From Gammaproteobacteria bacterium (lineage in GTDB: Bacteria; Pseudomonadota; Gammaproteobacteria; GCA-001735895): a stretch of DNA of 64,000 bases. Made by a program: the position numbers and the translations under genes. The notes under the pieces were generated by a model. That model made no database searches. It was not told the origin of the DNA and saw only the letters and a program-made list of their open reading frames with translations. Numbering within the stretch: position 1 is the stretch's first letter; each line of letters begins with the position of its first letter. The stretch is taken from the NCBI GenBank assembly GCA_029862125.1, contig JAOTXY010000010.1, forward strand, positions 41 to 64,040. The letters are read 5' to 3'. Below are positions 59,668 through 64,000 of the stretch, one piece after another.

Positions 59668-62600
59668 GTCAGCCTTTCCGAACCGCACAGGGTGGGCGCG
59701 TCGATCGTGAGCGGGAGATCAGCTTCACCTTTAATGGCAAGCGCTATACCGGCCTGGCCGGCGATACGCTGTGTTCGGCATTGCTCGCCAACGGCGTACA
59801 CCTGGTCGGACGTAGCTGGAAGTATCATCGTCCCCGTGGCGTTATGAGTGCGGGTTCGGAAGAACCGAACGCGATTTTCCAGGTAGAAAAGGGTAACCGT
59901 ACCATCCCCAATGCCCGTGGCACCCAGGTGGAGCTTTACGATGGCCTCGACGCGAACAGCGTCAATTGCTGGCCCAGCCTGGATTTTGATTTGCTGTCGA
60001 TCAACAGCCAGTTCAGCCGCCTGATGCCTGCCGGTTTTTACTACAAGACCTTCATGTGGCCGAAATCGATGTGGAAGAAATATGAACATTTCATTCGTAA
60101 GGCTTCGGGACTGGGTGAAACCCCGCGCGAGAATGATCCTGATCGATACGAACATGTTCACCAGCATTGTGATGTGCTCATTGTCGGCGGCGGAGTCGCC
60201 GGTCTTAGCGCGGCGCTTGCGGCAGGTCGTGCCGGCGCGCGCACGATCATCGCTGACGAACAATCCGAACCGGGCGGGATGACGCTTGCAGGCACGGCGC
60301 AGATCGATGGCGTTGACGCCAGCCAGTGGATCGAAAACGCGGTGGCCGAGTTAGGCAGCATGCCGGACGTGACACTGTTACCGCGCAGCACCGTGTTTGG
60401 TTATCACGATTACAATTTCCTGACCATAAACCAGCGTCTTAGCGATCACTTGCCGATTGCAGAACGCACCGGCGGACGCGAGAAACTGTGGCAGGTCAGG
60501 GCACACCAGGTCGTGCTCGCAACCGGTGCCGCTGAACGCCCACTGATTTTTGCCAATAACGACCGCCCCGGGATAATGCTGGCTTCCGCGGTATCAACCT
60601 ACGCGACTCGCTATGCGGTAAAACCAGGCAAACAGGCCGTCGTGTTCACCAACAATGATAGCGCTTACCAGGCTGCACTCGATCTAAATGCTGCCGGCGT
60701 CGAAGTCGTTGCCGTGGTCGACGTGCGTACCGATTCGGCCAGTGAAATCGCCAACACGGTGCGCAGTGCCGGCATCCAGGTGATCAATGGCAGCCTTGTT
60801 GTCGATACCACGGGTCGCAAACGGCTGCGCTCGGTGCAGGTCATGCGCCTGTCCGCGGATGGTTCCTCGGTGAGTGGTAATGTCAAATCGCTCGGCAGTG
60901 ATCTCCTCGCCGTCTCAGGTGGCTGGAGCCCGGTGGTGCACCTGAATGCCCAATCCGGGGCCAGGCCGGAATGGGATGACGCCAAGGCGATGTTTCTGCC
61001 CGGTACACCGACACAACCCCAGTTCTCGGTCGGTGCTGCAAACGGCAGGCTCGACCTGGCGGGATGCCTGGAACAGGGCACCGAGGCCGGTAACCATGCT
61101 GCTGCAGCTTGCGGTTTCGATGAAACGATGAAAGCCCCGTCTGCCGATACCGTCGACAGCGAGGCAATATTGCCGCTTTGGACCGCACCTTCACCCTACA
61201 CCCGGGGCCGGGGACCCAAAGCTTTCATCGACATGCAAAACGATGTTGGTGCGGCTGATATCCAGCTTGCAGTACGGGAAGGTTTTCAGTCTGTCGAGCA
61301 CGTCAAGCGTTACACCGCGATGGGCTTCGGTACCGACCAGGGCAAGCTAGGCAATATCAATGGTATGGCCATCCTCGCTGAAACCATGGGGCAGAGTATC
61401 GCCGCGACTGGCACCACGACCTACCGACCGAACTATACGCCAATCAGTTTCGGCGCGTTTGCCGGGCATAACCTGGGTGACAGGCTATTTGATCCGGTAC
61501 GCAAGACGGCGATGCACGCCTGGCACGAAGAAAATGGCGCTAAATTCGAGGATGTCGGGCAGTGGAAGCGCCCCTGGTATTACCCGCAGGCCGACGAAGA
61601 CCTGCACGCCGCGGTTAATCGTGAATGTCTCGCGGTGCGCGCGAGTGTCGGTATTCTCGATGCATCGACGCTCGGCAAGATCGAAATCAAGGGACCCGAT
61701 TCTGCGAAATTTCTTGAAATGATTTATACCAACAACTGGATGAAGCTTGAGAACGGCAAGGGACGCTACGGTTTCATGCTCGGTGAAGACGGTATGGTCA
61801 TGGATGACGGCGTTACCATACGCCTCGCAGAGGAGCATTTCTTTATGCACACGACCACCGGTGGTGCTGCTGGTGTGCTGGCGTGGATGGAACGCTGGCT
61901 GCAGACCGAATGGCCGCAGATGGAAGTTTTTCTGACTTCGGTGACCGATCACTGGGCGACAGCGGCCGTGGTGGGCCCGAAGAGTCGCGATGTCGTGGCA
62001 GCCGTGTGCGAGGGAATCGATTTTTCCGCGTCAGCGTTTCCATTCATGGCCTCGAAAACCGGCACCATCGGTGATATTGAATGTCGCGTGAATCGCATCA
62101 GTTTTTCCGGTGAACTCGCCTACGAAGTCAACATTCCGGCGAATCATGGTCGCTTCATGTGGGAACAGCTGATGCAGGCAGGGGAACAATTCGATATCAC
62201 CCCTTATGGCACCGAAACCATGCACGTGTTGCGTGCTGAAAAAGGCTACGTGATCGTCGGGCAGGATACGGATGGCTCGGTCACGGTTGAAGATCTGGGG
62301 CTAGGCTGGGCATTATCGAAAACCAAGGATGACTTCATCGGCAAACGCTCGTTGAGTCGACCGGACACGGTACGCAAGGACCGCAAGCAACTGGTCGGCC
62401 TGGTCACCGAAGACCCGCAGACGGTGATCCCCGAAGGCGCACAACTGGTGAACGACCCCGGGGCGCCGGTGCCGGTGCCGATGACAGGTCACGTGAGTTC
62501 GAGTTACTTCAGCGCCTGTTGCGGTCATTCGATCGCACTGGCGCTGGTGAAAGGCGGTCACCATCGAATCGGTGAAACCGTGTACGCGCCACTCTCCAAT

Positions 62601-62672
62601 GGTCGTGTGATCAAGGCCGAGATCACCGATCCCGTGTTTTACGACAAGGAAGGAGCGCAGCAGAATGTCTGA
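59664..62672 (+). CDS. soxA: Sarcosine oxidase alpha subunit
   Basis: GRSWKYHRPRG, AGFYYKTFMWP, KRYTAMGFGTDQGK, DASTLGKI, LRAEKG. Confidence 0.95.
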   Translation: MSQPFRTAQGGRVDREREISFTFNGKRYTGLAGDTLCSALLANGVHLVGRSWKYHRPRGVMSAGSEEPNAIFQVEKGNRTIPNARGTQVELYDGLDANSVNCWPSLDFDLLSINSQFSRLMPAGFYYKTFMWPKSMWKKYEHFIRKASGLGETPRENDPDRYEHVHQHCDVLIVGGGVAGLSAALAAGRAGARTIIADEQSEPGGMTLAGTAQIDGVDASQWIENAVAELGSMPDVTLLPRSTVFGYHDYNFLTINQRLSDHLPIAERTGGREKLWQVRAHQVVLATGAAERPLIFANNDRPGIMLASAVSTYATRYAVKPGKQAVVFTNNDSAYQAALDLNAAGVEVVAVVDVRTDSASEIANTVRSAGIQVINGSLVVDTTGRKRLRSVQVMRLSADGSSVSGNVKSLGSDLLAVSGGWSPVVHLNAQSGARPEWDDAKAMFLPGTPTQPQFSVGAANGRLDLAGCLEQGTEAGNHAAAACGFDETMKAPSADTVDSEAILPLWTAPSPYTRGRGPKAFIDMQNDVGAADIQLAVREGFQSVEHVKRYTAMGFGTDQGKLGNINGMAILAETMGQSIAATGTTTYRPNYTPISFGAFAGHNLGDRLFDPVRKTAMHAWHEENGAKFEDVGQWKRPWYYPQADEDLHAAVNRECLAVRASVGILDASTLGKIEIKGPDSAKFLEMIYTNNWMKLENGKGRYGFMLGEDGMVMDDGVTIRLAEEHFFMHTTTGGAAGVLAWMERWLQTEWPQMEVFLTSVTDHWATAAVVGPKSRDVVAAVCEGIDFSASAFPFMASKTGTIGDIECRVNRISFSGELAYEVNIPANHGRFMWEQLMQAGEQFDITPYGTETMHVLRAEKGYVIVGQDTDGSVTVEDLGLGWALSKTKDDFIGKRSLSRPDTVRKDRKQLVGLVTEDPQTVIPEGAQLVNDPGAPVPVPMTGHVSSSYFSACCGHSIALALVKGGHHRIGETVYAPLSNGRVIKAEITDPVFYDKEGAQQNV

Positions 62673-63243
62673 CCTTTTCCAACAGGAGAGCCCGCTGGTC
62701 CAGATTGAACTGGGCGAGACGGTTGGGAACGCCCCATTGATCGAAGAAAAACCTTTCCTGGGTTACGTTAACCTGCGCGGTCGCTCCGACAATACCAAGT
62801 TCCTGGCTGGAGCTTTGAAAGTGCTTGGCTGCGAGCCGCCGACAACCGCCAACACCGTGATTGAATCGGGCGACTATCGAATTTACTGGCTGGGTCCGGA
62901 CGAATGGTTGGTGGTGACACCGGCCGGCGGGCAAGGCCAGTTAAAGACTAAATTACTGTCTGCTATGAAAGGTGCATTTTGTTCCGTTGTCGATAATTCA
63001 AGCGGCCTGACCATGATTCATGTCAGCGGTGAGAATGCGGCTGCATTGCTTGCGACCGACTGTCCGCTCGATTTACATCCACGCGAATTCAAGCATGGAC
63101 AGTGTGCGCAGACGCGGCTCGCCAAGGCCGGCATGACGCTGTCGCCGCTGCCCGATAATTCCGGTTTCGAGGTCATTATCCGTCGCAGCTTTGCGGATTA
63201 CCTGCTGCTCTGGTTACAGGAAGCCGCGATCGCTTTCGAGTAG
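62665..63243 (+). CDS. soxG: Sarcosine oxidase gamma subunit
   Basis: NLRG, WLGPDEWL, CPLDLHP, RRSFADY. Confidence 0.93.
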   Translation: MSDLFQQESPLVQIELGETVGNAPLIEEKPFLGYVNLRGRSDNTKFLAGALKVLGCEPPTTANTVIESGDYRIYWLGPDEWLVVTPAGGQGQLKTKLLSAMKGAFCSVVDNSSGLTMIHVSGENAAALLATDCPLDLHPREFKHGQCAQTRLAKAGMTLSPLPDNSGFEVIIRRSFADYLLLWLQEAAIAFE

Positions 63244-63290
63244 CCGTTGCCTGAAACGGAACTTTTTACTGCCAGATTTTCGGTTTAACC

Positions 63291-63920
63291 ATGTACTACG
63301 GCGAGAAACTCAATAGTATCAGCCACCTGGTCGGTGCCGTACTGGCACTGGTTGGATTGGGTGCATTACTCACCATTGGAATACAGTCAGGCGATCCGTG
63401 GATCATTTCGAGCTTTAGCGTTTTCGGCGTTACCCTGGTATTGCTCTATACCATGTCGACGCTGTATCACAGTTTTCATCCACCGAAGCTCAAGGACCTG
63501 TTCCAGCTGCTCGACCACGTTGCAATTTACCTTTTGATCGCTGGCACCTACACACCCTATATGCTGGTTAGCCTGCGCGACGGTAATGGTTTCCTGATTC
63601 TCGGCATCATCTGGGCACTCGCCATGGCGGGTATCTTGAGCGAGGTATTTTTATCCGGATGGGTGGTTAAAGTGGGGCAAATGCTGATCTACCTCGGTAT
63701 GGGATGGGCATGCGCATTTGATTTCGCCAGCCTTCAAACCGTGCTTCCCGGAGCAGGCCTGTGGTGGCTGACGGCCGGCGGTCTTGCTTACACCGGGGGC
63801 GTGGTGTTCTATATTCTCGACATGATGGATCGGTTGGTCCATGCCCACGGCATCTGGCATTTTTTTGTACTGGCCGGTTCCACCTGCCACTTTGTTTCGG
63901 TGATTGGTTACGTCAGGTAG
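63291..63920 (+). CDS. Hemolysin III/PAQR family membrane protein
   Basis: NSISHLVG, STLYHS, LDHVAIYLLIAGTYTP, HGIWHFFVLAG. Confidence 0.93.
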   Translation: MYYGEKLNSISHLVGAVLALVGLGALLTIGIQSGDPWIISSFSVFGVTLVLLYTMSTLYHSFHPPKLKDLFQLLDHVAIYLLIAGTYTPYMLVSLRDGNGFLILGIIWALAMAGILSEVFLSGWVVKVGQMLIYLGMGWACAFDFASLQTVLPGAGLWWLTAGGLAYTGGVVFYILDMMDRLVHAHGIWHFFVLAGSTCHFVSVIGYVR

Positions 63921-64000
63921 AGGTTTCCACCCGCAGTATCATCGTTATGCCGATATTTCGGAACACCACGAAAGCAGGAAGTGTAGACTGCCTCCAGGAA

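Noticed and set aside
58120..63243. soxB/soxD/soxA/soxG as the missing thiosulfate Sox genes
   Set aside because: Name clash only; the motifs are those of heterotetrameric sarcosine oxidase.

Overview
Bacterial chromosomal window, densely coding, with proteobacterial-type gene content and no rRNA, tRNA, CRISPR array, integrase or transposase visible. Left to right: a LolA/FtsX/FtsX/LolD-like ABC cassette; DUF4389 plus a beta-helix-repeat membrane protein; a PolX-N-terminal/HhH protein; DUF1800-DUF1501; mdh; a GcvT-like/SDR/SDR/HcnCAB-like amine-oxidation cluster; a PlsB-like acyltransferase; a cytochrome c/c'/YceI/LysR cluster; a gamma-butyrobetaine/carnitine catabolic operon with acetoacetate-CoA ligase, a GlxA regulator and etfBA; an orphan ABC binding protein; and an MltF-like enzyme. 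Then comes a ~12 kb periplasmic sulfur/cytochrome block (fccAB, soxYZ, DUF302, TlpA, rhodanese, a second divergent FccB, six c-type cytochromes with nine CxxCH motifs; no soxAX/B/CD), followed by a dimethylglycine-dehydrogenase-like gene, metY and sarcosine oxidase soxBDAG. Three observations stand out. (1) The sulfur block is bracketed by two diverged copies of the last 216 nt of the dimethylglycine-dehydrogenase-like gene, which looks like an insertion scar. (2) Four promoter regions in the block carry FNR-type boxes with a -10-like hexamer 21-22 nt downstream. (3) The block encodes a putatively secreted, almost uncharged Met/aromatic 9-residue-repeat protein, next to a cytochrome c5 and a heme protein that shares the repeat motif; this is the best candidate for an undescribed system (hypothesis: a sulfur-deposit or scaffold-associated electron-transfer module). 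All family assignments come from recognising motifs by eye; no searches were run.
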